Source: Gemmatimonadaceae bacterium (lineage in GTDB: Bacteria > Gemmatimonadota > Gemmatimonadetes > Gemmatimonadales > Gemmatimonadaceae). Taken from it: DNA of 64,000 nucleotides. Within the stretch, counting starts at the first letter, position 1. Every line of letters begins with the position of its first letter. The stretch covers positions 47,529 through 111,528 of the forward strand of contig JBGAJQ010000003.1 in NCBI GenBank assembly GCA_044224875.1, written 5' to 3'. Of this stretch, positions 41,261-52,131 are shown piece after piece. Position numbers and translations under genes: made by a program. The notes under the pieces were generated by a model. It had not been told where the DNA came from and ran no database searches. It saw only the letters and a list, made by a program, of their open reading frames with translations.

Positions 41261-42727
41261 ATGTCATTTCCGCGTAGCGCGGGCGTACTGCTGCATCCGA
41301 CGTCTCTCCCTGGCGCCAATGGCGTCGGTGAGCTTGGCACCCAGGCGCTCAAGTTTCTTGACTTCATGTCGGCCGCCGGGCTCAAGGTCTGGCAGATGCT
41401 GCCCCTGGGACCCACGGGCTACGGCGATTCACCGTATCAGTGCTTTTCGGCATTCGCCGGTAACCCGCTGTTGATCGAAGTACCGAAGGGCGACCACGAC
41501 TTCCCCGCGCACACCGTTGACTTCGCCTCGGTCATACCGTGCAAGCGCGCGCAGCTCGACCGCGTGATCGCCACGTTTGTACCTGACGAGCGCTTTCGGG
41601 CGTTCGTGGCCGCGAACGCTTCCTGGATCGAGGACTACGCGCTCTTCATGTCGTTGAAGCAGGTGCATGATGGTGTGTCGTGGACGGACTGGGAGCCCGG
41701 CGCCGCCATGCGAGAGCCGGCGGCGCTCAAGGCGTGGAGCGACAAACTTCAGGCCTTGGTGCACCGTTACCGCGTGGAGCAGTACCTGTTCTTCGCGCAG
41801 TATCACGTGCTGCGGCGCGCTGCACACGAGCGTGGTATCTCCTTGATGGGCGACCTGCCGATCTACATTGCCCACGATTCGGCCGATGTGTGGGCCCACC
41901 GCGGCTTGTTCAAGCTGGGGACGGATGGGCGTCCGTTGGTGCAGGCCGGTGTACCGCCCGACTATTTCAGTGCGACGGGACAGCTCTGGGGAAATCCGAT
42001 CTATGACTGGGAGGAGCTGAAGCGACGCGGGTACGACTGGTGGATCGAGCGTATGCGGGCGGCGCTCCAGATGTTCGACATCGTCCGCATTGACCATTTC
42101 CGTGGATTCGAGGCGTATTGGGAAGTCGCCGGGAACGCCACGACGGCCGAGAAGGGCCAGTGGGTCAAGGGGCCGGGTGACGCGTTGTTTGTGGCGATGA
42201 AGGCGGCGTTAGGCCCACTGCCGATCGTGGCGGAGAACCTCGGCTTGATCACACCGGCTGTGGAGGCGTTGCGCGAGCGACTGGGGTTCCCAGGGATGAG
42301 CATCCTGCAATTCGCCTTCGGCGGCGATGGGCAAGCCAAGGAGTTCAAGCCCCACAATTTTCCGCGCGACCGGGTCGTGTACACGGGAACGCATGACAAC
42401 GACACGACCGCCGGCTGGTGGGCGAGCACCGGGGCGGGGGACTCGACGCGAGCGGCGGACGACGTCGCGCGTGAGAAGGCCTACGCCATGCGCTACCTGG
42501 GGACCGATGGACGCGAGATGCACTGGGTGCTCATTCGGGCCGCGTTGGCTTCGGTCGCCAACACCGTGTTGGTGCCCATGCAGGACCTGTTGGGGCTAGG
42601 CAGCGAATCACGCATGAACTTGCCGGGGCGTCAGTCGGGGAACTGGGGATTTCGGTTCACGTGGGAGCAGTTGACGCCGGCGATCATTACGCGACTCCGG
42701 GAATTGATCGACACCTACGACCGTTAG
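41261..42727 (+). CDS. malQ: 4-alpha-glucanotransferase (amylomaltase, GH77)
   Basis: RSAGVLLHPTSLP, WQMLPLGP, GVPPDYFSATGQLWGNP, RIDHFRG, YTGTHDNDT. Confidence 0.96.
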   Translation: MSFPRSAGVLLHPTSLPGANGVGELGTQALKFLDFMSAAGLKVWQMLPLGPTGYGDSPYQCFSAFAGNPLLIEVPKGDHDFPAHTVDFASVIPCKRAQLDRVIATFVPDERFRAFVAANASWIEDYALFMSLKQVHDGVSWTDWEPGAAMREPAALKAWSDKLQALVHRYRVEQYLFFAQYHVLRRAAHERGISLMGDLPIYIAHDSADVWAHRGLFKLGTDGRPLVQAGVPPDYFSATGQLWGNPIYDWEELKRRGYDWWIERMRAALQMFDIVRIDHFRGFEAYWEVAGNATTAEKGQWVKGPGDALFVAMKAALGPLPIVAENLGLITPAVEALRERLGFPGMSILQFAFGGDGQAKEFKPHNFPRDRVVYTGTHDNDTTAGWWASTGAGDSTRAADDVAREKAYAMRYLGTDGREMHWVLIRAALASVANTVLVPMQDLLGLGSESRMNLPGRQSGNWGFRFTWEQLTPAIITRLRELIDTYDR

Positions 42728-42742
42728 GCATCCGAGGCCATC

Positions 42743-44053
42743 ATGGCGGAAGACCGTACGCGTTTTTGGGCGATCTGGAACATGAGTTTCGGGTTCCTGG
42801 GCATCCAGTTCGGCTGGGCCCTGCAGATGGCGAACATGAGCGCCATTTACGAGTACCTTGGCGCCAGCGCCGATCAGATTCCGATGTTGTGGCTGGCGGC
42901 ACCGCTCACGGGACTGATCGTGCAGCCGATCATCGGGCACCTGAGCGACCATACCTGGTCGCCCACGCTGGGGCGACGGCGTCCCTACTTCCTGGTGGGA
43001 GCGATCCTGAGTTCGCTGGCGTTGATCGCCATGCCGCACGCCAGTGCACTGTGGATGGCGGCCGGCCTGCTGTGGATCCTCGACGCGTCGATCAACGTGT
43101 CCATGGAGCCGTTCCGTGCGTTCGTGGCCGACCTGTTGCCGGAGAAGGCCCGGACGCGCGGTTTTGCCATGCAGAGCCTGTTCATCGGCCTGGGGGCGGT
43201 TATCGCGTCGGCACTTCCGTGGATGTTGTCGAACTGGTTCGGCGTTGCGGCTGGCGAACCGGGAAAGATCCCGCCCACGGTGCGGTTCTCGTTCTTCATT
43301 GGGGCGGCGGCGTTCCTGAGCGCCGTGCTCTACACGATCTTCACCACTCGCGAAGACCCCCCAGCGGACCTCGCGGCGTTCCAGCAGAAGAAGGCGGCCA
43401 GCGCAGGACCGGCGGCGGCCGCGCGTGAGATTCTTTCCGCCTTTCGCGCCATGCCGGACACCATGCGGCAGCTCGCCGCGGTGCAGATCGCGACCTGGCT
43501 TGGACTCTTTTGCATGTGGCTGTACTTCCCCGTTGCGGTGGCGCGGAACGTGTTTGGGGCGGCCGATGCCACGGCGCCTGAATACCAGAAGGGCGTCGAA
43601 TGGGCGGGCGTCTGCTTCGGCGCGTACTCGGCCGTTTGCTTTGCCTTTTCGTTCTTCCTGCCGCAGGTAGCCAAGACGCTCGGACGAAAGGGGACGCACG
43701 CCGTGTGCCTGCTGTGCGGGGCCGCCGGCCTCCTGTCCGTGTCGGTGATCCACAACCCGACCATGTTGCTGCTGTCGATGGCAGGTGTGGGCATCGCCTG
43801 GGCCAGCACGCTCTCCATGCCGTATTCGATGCTGGCCAACGCCCTGCCGCCGGGCCGTACCGGGGTCTACATGGGCATCTTCAACTTCTTCATCGTGATT
43901 CCCGAGATCGTGGCCTCGCTCGGTTTCGGCTGGGTGATGTCCCACGTGCTGCAAAACAACCGGATGGCGGCGGTTGTTGCTGGCGGCGCATTCATGGCGC
44001 TCGCCGCCCTGTTGGTGCTGCGCGTCCGCGATACCGGGGAGGCTCCCGCATGA
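42743..44053 (+). CDS. MFS sugar transporter (maltose/sucrose GPH-like)
   Basis: IWNMSFGFLGIQFGWALQ, GRRRPYF, MEPFRAFVAD, GVYMGIFNFFIVIP. Confidence 0.9.
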   Translation: MAEDRTRFWAIWNMSFGFLGIQFGWALQMANMSAIYEYLGASADQIPMLWLAAPLTGLIVQPIIGHLSDHTWSPTLGRRRPYFLVGAILSSLALIAMPHASALWMAAGLLWILDASINVSMEPFRAFVADLLPEKARTRGFAMQSLFIGLGAVIASALPWMLSNWFGVAAGEPGKIPPTVRFSFFIGAAAFLSAVLYTIFTTREDPPADLAAFQQKKAASAGPAAAAREILSAFRAMPDTMRQLAAVQIATWLGLFCMWLYFPVAVARNVFGAADATAPEYQKGVEWAGVCFGAYSAVCFAFSFFLPQVAKTLGRKGTHAVCLLCGAAGLLSVSVIHNPTMLLLSMAGVGIAWASTLSMPYSMLANALPPGRTGVYMGIFNFFIVIPEIVASLGFGWVMSHVLQNNRMAAVVAGGAFMALAALLVLRVRDTGEAPA

Positions 44054-45879
44054 AGACCCTCACGCGTGTCCTGGCTATCCTGGCCTGCAGCGTAGCGGCA
44101 CAGGTGCGCGCCCAGGCCCCCACGGTGTCTCGCGTCGATCCGCCGAACTGGTGGCCGCGCCACTCCATCAATCCCGTTCGCCTGCTGATCCGAGGCGAGC
44201 ACCTGACGGGGGCGCGGCTCTCCTGCGCCCCATTGCGGTGCGGTGCCGTGCGCACCAATGCCGCGGGGACGTACGCGTTCGTCGACGTCACCGTGCCGCC
44301 GGCCACTCGGCCGGGGAACTACCCGCTGTCCTTGCGCACCACGGCTGGAACTGTGGCCGTCCCCTTTTCGCTCATGGCGCCGCTGGCGCGCGCCGACCGG
44401 TTCAAGGGATTCGGACCCAATGACGTCGTGTACCTCATCATGCCGGACCGGTTTGCGAACGGGGACGCGGCCAACGACAATCCGCCATCTTCACCCGGGC
44501 TCGTCGACCGCGCCAAGGGACGCTACTACCACGGCGGAGACCTGGCGGGGGTCCAGGCACGGTTGCCGTACCTCAAGTCGTTAGGCGTCACGGCCATCTG
44601 GCTGAACCCGATCTACGACAACAACAACCAGCTGAACCGCCGGGAGATGTATGACGGTCAACCGATCACCGACTATCACGGGTACGGGGCGGTCGACTTC
44701 TACGGCGTGGAAGAACACTTTGGCGACCTGTCACAGTTTCGCCAGTTGGTGGATGCTGCGCACGCGATGGGCATCAAGATCATCCTGGACATGGTGGCCA
44801 ACCATACCGGCCCCTACCACCCGTGGGTGACCGACTCACCGAAGCCAACGTGGTACCATGGGACGGCGGAGAAGCACCTCGCCAACACCTGGCAGACGTG
44901 GACGCTGGCCGATCCGTACAGCACGGCGGCCATGCGCGAGGCGACCCTCGACGGCTGGTTCATCGACATCCTTCCCGACCTGAACCAGGACGATCCGGAC
45001 GTCGCCAGCTACATCATCCAGAATACGCTCTGGTGGGTGGGGATGAGCGGGATGGATGGCATTCGGCAGGACACCTGGCCCTACGTGCCGCGTCGATTCT
45101 GGCGCGACTGGATGAACGCCATCAAGAAAGAATACCCGGCGCTGAAGGTGGTTGGGGAAGTGTTCGATGGAAATCCGAACATGATTGCCTTTTTCGAAGG
45201 CGGGCGCGCGCAGTTCGACGGCTTGGACGACAAGGTCGACCATCTCTTCGATTTCCCGTTGCTCTTTTCCGCTCGCCGGGCCTTTGGCGAGGGTCAGTCG
45301 ATCCGCGACGTCGCCCAACTCCTGTCGAATGACCGGTTGTATCGCGATCCGTCGTCGTTGGTGACATTCCTTGGCCTGCATGACGTCGCCAGGTTCATGA
45401 ACGAGCGCGGCGCCACCCCCGAAGGCCTTCGACTGGCCTTCACGTTGTTGCTGACGATTCGGGGCACCCCCATGATCTACTACGGTGACGAGATCGGCCT
45501 CCCGGGAGGAGGCGATCCGGACAACCGCCGGGACTTTCCCGGCGGATGGGCCGGCGACTCGCGCGATGCGTTCGCCGCAACCGGCCGGAACCCCGCGGAA
45601 GCCTCGATCTTCGATCATGTCCAACGTCTGCTGAAGCTTCGCAGGGAACGTCCGGAACTGCGGGGCACGGCTTCGGAGCATCTGGTGGTGGGGGATCAGC
45701 TCTTTGTATACCGTCGCGGAAAGACTGTCGTCGCGCTGAACAACGATGTGAAGCCGGTGGAAGTGACACTTCCGGTGACTGGCCTACCTAACGACGCGCT
45801 TGGCATATGCGAGGCGCCGACGAAGACTTCGACGGGCGTCATGGTGAGAATCCCTGCGCGCTCGGGCTGCATTTTCTAG
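44050..45879 (+). CDS. Exported GH13 alpha-amylase/cyclomaltodextrinase
   Basis: Signal peptide; DPPNWW N-domain; YLIMPDRFANGD, DMVANH, GIRQDT, GEV, HD; ATGA overlap. Confidence 0.92.
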   Translation: MKTLTRVLAILACSVAAQVRAQAPTVSRVDPPNWWPRHSINPVRLLIRGEHLTGARLSCAPLRCGAVRTNAAGTYAFVDVTVPPATRPGNYPLSLRTTAGTVAVPFSLMAPLARADRFKGFGPNDVVYLIMPDRFANGDAANDNPPSSPGLVDRAKGRYYHGGDLAGVQARLPYLKSLGVTAIWLNPIYDNNNQLNRREMYDGQPITDYHGYGAVDFYGVEEHFGDLSQFRQLVDAAHAMGIKIILDMVANHTGPYHPWVTDSPKPTWYHGTAEKHLANTWQTWTLADPYSTAAMREATLDGWFIDILPDLNQDDPDVASYIIQNTLWWVGMSGMDGIRQDTWPYVPRRFWRDWMNAIKKEYPALKVVGEVFDGNPNMIAFFEGGRAQFDGLDDKVDHLFDFPLLFSARRAFGEGQSIRDVAQLLSNDRLYRDPSSLVTFLGLHDVARFMNERGATPEGLRLAFTLLLTIRGTPMIYYGDEIGLPGGGDPDNRRDFPGGWAGDSRDAFAATGRNPAEASIFDHVQRLLKLRRERPELRGTASEHLVVGDQLFVYRRGKTVVALNNDVKPVEVTLPVTGLPNDALGICEAPTKTSTGVMVRIPARSGCIF

Positions 45880-46328
45880 CACCGATGAGGATGGCCTCAC
45901 GTTGAGCAGGCGGTGGCCGTCTTGGCACTGTGCCATGGCGGCCTCCGTCCAGCAGGAACGCCTGGTTTATCGGCCTGTCCGGGCGCACTAACGGTGGGCT
46001 CGATGGCGCCGCGGGCATTGCCGCTCGGCCCTCGTCCGCAGGTGCTCCCGTTCAGAGACTCTGCCTGCACGCGCTGGCCGTACCACAGCCCATGTAGCCT
46101 GGAGCGCGTTCCGCCCTCGTTCTCTGCTGCCCATATCCGATCTGTTGCAAAAGCGTTTCCTTTGCCATGTTTTCGACCGGTACGAGAGCGGGCGTTCGAT
46201 CTGTAGTGGCCACTGTGGTCCTGTGCAGGGTTCACTACGCGGGTTCGAACGGGCGAGTCTCTTCCCGATGGAAGCATGCGAACGTCGAGAGTGCTGACCC
46301 GAAGCCAACTACCAACCTGGGGGAGTAC

Positions 46329-49118
46329 ATGCTTGGTTCAGTCGCAGGTCGTCTAAGAATCTTGGCCGCAGGGCTGGTGCTGGTTGCCGCGAGTGCCATC
46401 GCGCGACCGGCCATGGCGCAAAGTGGCACAGTACGTGGCAAGGTGACGGACAGCACGGGCACCGTCGTCGTCGGTGCGCTGTTCACGGTGGATGGAACCG
46501 GCTTGCGCGCGGTCTCCACGGCGCGCGGCACGTACTCCATCGCCGGCATACCAGCCGGCGCGCGACGCCTTCGCGTGCGTGCGCTCGGGTTCAACCAGGA
46601 TTCAATCGCAGTAACCGTTGCAGCTGGCCGAGTGACAGACCTCGACATCGTGCTGACGCGCTCGGCGCAGCAACTGGCGCCGGTGGCGGTGGTCGTCGGT
46701 TCACGCGCACGCCACACGGCGGCCGAGGAGCTTGCCGTGCCGGTCGACGTGTTCACCGTGGAAGAGTTGAAGATGACGGGTACCACGGAAACGACACAAA
46801 TCGTGGCCGCCTTGGCGCCTTCCGTGAACTTTCCCAAGCAGGCCGTAACCGATGCGACCGAAGTCGTGCGGCCGTTTACGCTGCGAGGCTTGTCACCCGA
46901 CCACTCGTTGGTGCTGGTGAACGGCGTCCGACGTCACCAGACGGCATTGCTCAACGTCTTCTCGAACGGCTCGGCTCCTGGTTCCAGCGGGGTCGACCTG
47001 AATGCGTTCCCATCCAGCGCGATCGAGCGCATCGAAGTGCTGCGCGATGGTGCCTCCACGCAGTACGGCTCCGATGCTATCGCGGGCGTGGTGAACCTGG
47101 TGTTGAAGGAAGGCCAGTTCTCGCCATTCCTGAACACGTCGTTCGGCCAGTATCGCCCGGGCGCACCGTACACGAATGACGGAAACTCGTCCGACGTCTC
47201 CGGCGGCGTGGGGTTCAAGGTTGGCCGAGGATCCCTCGGCTTGTTCGCACAGTACCAGAAGCACGAAGCGACGAACCGCGCGTGTCCGGATGGCTCGTTC
47301 CCCGACCTGAACGGACTGTCGGACTCCGTGGCGAACTGCCGGGTCATCATTCGGCGCGCCAACGTGCCGCAGCCTAACGTGCACTGGGGCGACGGCCTCG
47401 AGCGCGACATCCAGACGTTCGCCAACCTGCGTGTGCCGATCAACGCCAGCGGTACGACGGAGTTGTACGCATTCGGCGGGTTCGCCGATCGCGACGGCAC
47501 CGGGAACGGCTTCTATCGCAAGCCGCAGAACGGGCGCAACTGGCCGGAGATTTATCCGACGGGATTCCTGCCGCAATTTCGACCGGCGGTCACCGACTAC
47601 TCCGCGGCCGGGGGTATCCGTGGCAACATGGGTGGATGGGCCTCGGATCTCGGGATGTCTTACGGCTACAACAGCTTCAAGTTCAACCTCGAGCACACCC
47701 TCAATTCGTCGCTGGGCCCCAGCCTCACCGAGGCGACGGCTCCAGGCAAGGATGGCGTGCTGGGGACTTCTGACGATCCGGGGATCCCGAACCAGACCAG
47801 CTTCAACGCCGGTGAACTGGCTCGCGGAGAGTTCAATACGAACCTGAGCTTGTCGAAGTCGATGGAGCTGGGCTTCCCGAAGCCGGTCAACGTGGCGATT
47901 GGCGCCGCGTTCCGTCGCGAGACGTACGACGTTGTCGCCGGAGAGTTGGCTTCCTATATCAACGGATACCACCTCACGCGCGACAGTTCAGGCGTTGCCA
48001 CCGCGGGTTCATCCGTATTCCAAGGTTTCGCGCCAAGCGATGCCAGCACCAACAGTCGCACGAACTTTGGTGGCTACGTCGATCTGGAGACGAACGTCAA
48101 CGACAAGACGTTGTTGAACGTTGCTGGCCGCTTCGAGAACTACAGCGATTTCGGCTCGAAGGTGACGGGAAAGGCCGCGCTTCGCTTCCAACCACGCAAG
48201 GAGTTCGTGTGGCGCGCGGCGGCGAGCACGGGCTTCCGTGCCCCGGGCCTGCAGCAGTCCTGGTACAGCCACACCACGACGGCGATCCAGAACGGCGTGC
48301 TGGTGGAGATCGGCAATTTCCCGGTGACCAACCATGCGTCCCGCGTGTTTGGCGCCAAGCCCTTGAAGGAGGAAAGCTCGATCAACCTCAGCACCGGTAT
48401 TGCCTGGACGCCGACTCCGGCATTTACCGCCACGTTGGACTACTACCACATCAAGATCAACGATCGCATCCTGCTCGGCGCCACCTTCGACGGAACGTCG
48501 GACCCGGTGGTCGCCGAAATTCTCGCGGATTCGGGTGTGACGGGCATCGTGGGCGTGCAGTTCCCGACCAACGCGCTCGATACCAAGACCAACGGTGTTG
48601 ACCTGACGGCGAACTATCGTGTGACGCCGGGCCCCGGCACGCTCGATTTCAATCTCCAGCTCAACTACACCAAGAACTCCATCACGCGGATTGATGGCCT
48701 GCCGGCAGTGCTGCAAGGCACGAACACGATCTACACGAGCCTGCTCGACTCGCTCACGTACAACGCGATCGTGGCCAACCGGCCCGACAGCCGCGCGACC
48801 CTGACCAGCACATACACGCAGGGCCGCTGGCAGGCGATGGGGCGCGCCCTGTACTACGGCAAGTACCGCGACGGCTCGAACTTCCCGGGTCTCGAAGACT
48901 TCGGAGCCAAGACGCTGTTTGACGCCGAGACGGGTTATCGCTTCGAGAACGTCAAGATCGCGGTAGGCGCGCGGAACCTGTTCAACGTCTATCCCGATCA
49001 GTTCAAGCTCGGTCCCGACCAGACGAACAACGGCACCTTCATTTATCCGGGTGCTTCGCCCTTCGGGTATAACGGTCGGTACGTGTACGTCCGCTCGGAA
49101 ATCCTGTTGAGCCGCTAG
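46329..49118 (+). CDS. TonB-dependent receptor
   Basis: RBS ggag; signal peptide, N-domain, VVVGSR TonB box, LVLVNGVRRH, IERIEVLRDGASTQYGSDAIAGVVN. Confidence 0.93.
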   Translation: MLGSVAGRLRILAAGLVLVAASAIARPAMAQSGTVRGKVTDSTGTVVVGALFTVDGTGLRAVSTARGTYSIAGIPAGARRLRVRALGFNQDSIAVTVAAGRVTDLDIVLTRSAQQLAPVAVVVGSRARHTAAEELAVPVDVFTVEELKMTGTTETTQIVAALAPSVNFPKQAVTDATEVVRPFTLRGLSPDHSLVLVNGVRRHQTALLNVFSNGSAPGSSGVDLNAFPSSAIERIEVLRDGASTQYGSDAIAGVVNLVLKEGQFSPFLNTSFGQYRPGAPYTNDGNSSDVSGGVGFKVGRGSLGLFAQYQKHEATNRACPDGSFPDLNGLSDSVANCRVIIRRANVPQPNVHWGDGLERDIQTFANLRVPINASGTTELYAFGGFADRDGTGNGFYRKPQNGRNWPEIYPTGFLPQFRPAVTDYSAAGGIRGNMGGWASDLGMSYGYNSFKFNLEHTLNSSLGPSLTEATAPGKDGVLGTSDDPGIPNQTSFNAGELARGEFNTNLSLSKSMELGFPKPVNVAIGAAFRRETYDVVAGELASYINGYHLTRDSSGVATAGSSVFQGFAPSDASTNSRTNFGGYVDLETNVNDKTLLNVAGRFENYSDFGSKVTGKAALRFQPRKEFVWRAAASTGFRAPGLQQSWYSHTTTAIQNGVLVEIGNFPVTNHASRVFGAKPLKEESSINLSTGIAWTPTPAFTATLDYYHIKINDRILLGATFDGTSDPVVAEILADSGVTGIVGVQFPTNALDTKTNGVDLTANYRVTPGPGTLDFNLQLNYTKNSITRIDGLPAVLQGTNTIYTSLLDSLTYNAIVANRPDSRATLTSTYTQGRWQAMGRALYYGKYRDGSNFPGLEDFGAKTLFDAETGYRFENVKIAVGARNLFNVYPDQFKLGPDQTNNGTFIYPGASPFGYNGRYVYVRSEILLSR

Positions 49119-49139
49119 TCGCGCCCTCATCGGGCACAC

Positions 49140-49173
49140 GCGAAGGGCCCGGACTTCGGTTCGGGCCCTTCGC
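49140..49173 (+). terminator. Strong UUCG-loop hairpin after the TonB-dependent receptor (terminator or stabiliser; no U-tract)
   Basis: GCGAAGGGCCCGGAC-ttcg-GTTCGGGCCCTTCGC. Confidence 0.55.
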
Positions 49174-49246
49174 ACGTCTCGACGCCGCTCGGTCGAGTGA
49201 TGAAGTTTTCGCTGCCGCCTCACCCGCGAGACTGATTGGGGTTCCC

Positions 49247-50431
49247 ATGTGTGTAAAACGAGTTCAAACGACGCATCGTGTCCGTAGGCAGCTTGCCCTC
49301 GTGGCCGTAGTCCTGTCGGTGCACGCGCCACTCGCGTGGGCCGCTGGCGACTCTACACGAGTGCCCTTGCGACTGGACCGCGAGAGTGCCTCGTGGCTGG
49401 TGTCACTCCCGTTGGCTTGTGTCGACAAGCTTCACGAGGCGCCAAAGGGCAACGGTTATCTGTGGGAATCCACCGTACGGGTACGCCCGGACTTCGCGAA
49501 GACACGCGCCTTCTACGGTTGCTCGGACTGGCACTCGGCGGTGAATTCCACGTGGACCATGGTCCAGGTGTTGAAGTCGTACCCCGACTTGCCGCTGGCC
49601 CGGCTGATTCGCGAGAAGCTGAACGATCATCTGTCGCAGGGCGCGATCGCCGGTGAGGTCGCCTTCTTCACGGTAGATGGTGACAAGAGTTTCGAGCGTC
49701 CGTACGGCTATGCGTGGCTGTTGCGGCTGTATGGAAGCCTCAAGTCATGGAATGACCCAGACGCGAAGAAGTGGGCCGCGAACCTCGAGCCTCTCGCCAA
49801 GTTGCTCCAGGAACGTACGCTGCCGTACCTGAAGACGCTCGCCGCGCCCATGCGGGTTGGAACGCATGCCAACAGCGCGTTCACGTTGCAGTTGTTGCTG
49901 GAGTACGGGCGGAGTGTGGGGGATACGGCGCTCGTCAATGCCGTCTCGCTGCGGGCCAGGTCCTTCTTTCGTGACGACGCGGGATGTGCGCCTAACGTGG
50001 AAGTCTCGGGTTCGGATTTCTTCTCGCCATGTTTGATGGAAGCCGCCCTCATGGGGCAGGTGTCGTCACCGGCCGAATTTGCGACATGGCTGAGTGCCTT
50101 CCTGCCCGATCCCGGTTCAGACGGATTCCGTGCCTTGCGCGAAGTCGTCCGGATGGGTGGCGACAATGTCGAGCTGGAAAAGTCGAACATGCTGGGCGCT
50201 AAGGCGCACCTCATTGGATTGGCCGTCACGCGGGCGAAAGCACTCGAGGACGTCGCGGCGGCACTCCCACCCACGGATCGACGTGTGGCTGCCTACCGTC
50301 GAATCGCGACGCTGCAAGCTCAGGGCGGTATCGCCGCCATGCACGAGGCGGACTACGTCGGGACGCATTGGATCGGCACCTTTATCGTGGACTATCTGGT
50401 CAGTGCGGGACGACGGGCCAACGGTCCGTGA
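49247..50431 (+). CDS. DUF2891 family protein with predicted signal peptide
   Basis: AFYGCSDWHSAV, FERPYGYAWLL, GTHANSAF, DFFSPCL, HLIGLAVTRA, YVGTHW. Confidence 0.82.
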   Translation: MCVKRVQTTHRVRRQLALVAVVLSVHAPLAWAAGDSTRVPLRLDRESASWLVSLPLACVDKLHEAPKGNGYLWESTVRVRPDFAKTRAFYGCSDWHSAVNSTWTMVQVLKSYPDLPLARLIREKLNDHLSQGAIAGEVAFFTVDGDKSFERPYGYAWLLRLYGSLKSWNDPDAKKWAANLEPLAKLLQERTLPYLKTLAAPMRVGTHANSAFTLQLLLEYGRSVGDTALVNAVSLRARSFFRDDAGCAPNVEVSGSDFFSPCLMEAALMGQVSSPAEFATWLSAFLPDPGSDGFRALREVVRMGGDNVELEKSNMLGAKAHLIGLAVTRAKALEDVAAALPPTDRRVAAYRRIATLQAQGGIAAMHEADYVGTHWIGTFIVDYLVSAGRRANGP

Positions 50432-50554
50432 CGAGAACGTGTCACCGGCAGGGACGAGCATGCTGTGCCGGTTCGGCGTACGTCCTGCGTTGCATGGCTT
50501 GGCAGACCGCAGCGCGCGGTGTACCCTCAGCGAAGCTACCTCGTTGAGCCATTC

Positions 50555-52036
50555 ATGACCGACGCCTCCGCGGCCGAGCATTCTTCCAGCAGCACTTCCA
50601 GCGCCGCCAGGCCATTTGTCCCGCCGCCCCCGGCGTCAAGGGCCGCTCCGCGATACGATCGCTCGATTGTCGAAGGTCCACTTCAGGCCGCGGTGTGGAA
50701 GATCGCTTGGCCCACAATGCTCACCAACATGATCGGTGGGCTGCAGGGGATGGTAGACCATGTCATGGTCGGGCACCTCGTCGGCTTCAACGGCAACGCG
50801 GCGATCGGCGTGTCGTGGCAGATCTTCCTGATCGTTATTGCGTTCATTTCCTCGTTGTTCATCGGGATGAGTGTGCTGGTGGCTCGCTTTGCCGGCGCTG
50901 GCGAGACCGAGATGGTGGATCGCGTGGTCTATCAGTCATTCCTCACGGCGATCGGCATTTCCCTACTGATCATGGCTCCGGTGGGGTACGTCCTATCGCC
51001 GTGGTTGCTGGACCTCGTTAACGCCGCGCCGCACGTCAAGGCCGAGGCCCTGCCGTTCTTGCGCATCATGTTCTTGTTCAGCAGCGGCATGCTGATCTTC
51101 TTCATGTTGGGTGGAGCGCTGCGGTCTGCCGGCGATGCGCGCACCCCGATGATGATCGGTATCGCTCTCACGGTGTTGAACCTGGTGTTCAACATCGTCC
51201 TCATACGCGGCCTGGGACCGATCCCCGCCTTCGGAACAGCTGGCGCGGCGATGGGCACGTGCATCGCGTCCGGACTCCTCGCGATCTACGCGCTGTACAA
51301 GCTGTGGCACGGCGGATGGGTGGTGCGCTTCCCGCATGGTCACGGCTTTGGCCCGGATTGGGCGATCATCCGTTCGCTCTTTCGGTTTGGGCTGCCGAGT
51401 GGCTTTCAGGGTATCGCGATGAACATCGGCGGCGTGTTCATGCTGTCGTTCATTGGCTCGCTCGCCCAGAGTGCGGCGGCGCAGGCGGCGTTCGCGGTCT
51501 CCTACTCGCAGCTGTTCTCGCTCATCACCTGGACGTCCTCGGGGCTGATGGGCGCGGCGGCTGCAGTGGCGGGCCAGAACCTGGGCGCCAAGAATCCCGA
51601 GCGGGCCGCCGCCGCCGTTCATGCCGCGGCGCGCGTGGGGCTGATGGGTGCCTCGGCGCTCGGCGTGTTCTTCCTGTTCTTGCCAGCGCAGCTGCTCGGG
51701 CTGTTTGGACTGAATGACCCCGCGGTGATCGAGATCGGGACGCTCCTGCTACGCGTGCTGAGCGTTTCCGGCCTCTTCATTACGGTCGCGTTGACCTACA
51801 CGGGGGGCCTGCAAGGCACCGGCGACACCAAGAGTCCGCTGTACATCTCGATCATTTCGCAGATCGTTATGCCGTTAGGCATCTGCTCGGTTGTCCGTGC
51901 CACGGGTACGCTCGATCCGATCGATATCTGGTTGGCGATCCTGGTGGGCCACATGACCCGTTGCGCGCTGAGCGTCTGGCGCTTCCGTCAGGGGCGGTGG
52001 CGTTCCATCGCCCTCGGCATCGACGCGAAATCATGA
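50555..52036 (+). CDS. MATE family efflux transporter
   Basis: IAWP...VDHVMVG, LRSAGDARTPM, GAAMGT, GQNLGA, GTGDTK. Confidence 0.93.
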   Translation: MTDASAAEHSSSSTSSAARPFVPPPPASRAAPRYDRSIVEGPLQAAVWKIAWPTMLTNMIGGLQGMVDHVMVGHLVGFNGNAAIGVSWQIFLIVIAFISSLFIGMSVLVARFAGAGETEMVDRVVYQSFLTAIGISLLIMAPVGYVLSPWLLDLVNAAPHVKAEALPFLRIMFLFSSGMLIFFMLGGALRSAGDARTPMMIGIALTVLNLVFNIVLIRGLGPIPAFGTAGAAMGTCIASGLLAIYALYKLWHGGWVVRFPHGHGFGPDWAIIRSLFRFGLPSGFQGIAMNIGGVFMLSFIGSLAQSAAAQAAFAVSYSQLFSLITWTSSGLMGAAAAVAGQNLGAKNPERAAAAVHAAARVGLMGASALGVFFLFLPAQLLGLFGLNDPAVIEIGTLLLRVLSVSGLFITVALTYTGGLQGTGDTKSPLYISIISQIVMPLGICSVVRATGTLDPIDIWLAILVGHMTRCALSVWRFRQGRWRSIALGIDAKS

Positions 52037-52090
52037 ATGCGCCGCCAAGCGTGTGAGTCCCACCTACCCGCTCTTGGACGCGGTATGGGG

Positions 52091-52116
52091 GCGTCGCGGC
52101 GCAGTGGCCGCGACGC
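52091..52116. terminator. Hairpin between convergent genes
   Basis: GCGTCGCGGC-gcagtg-GCCGCGACGC. Confidence 0.5.
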
Positions 52117-52131
52117 GAGCGGCCGGATGGT

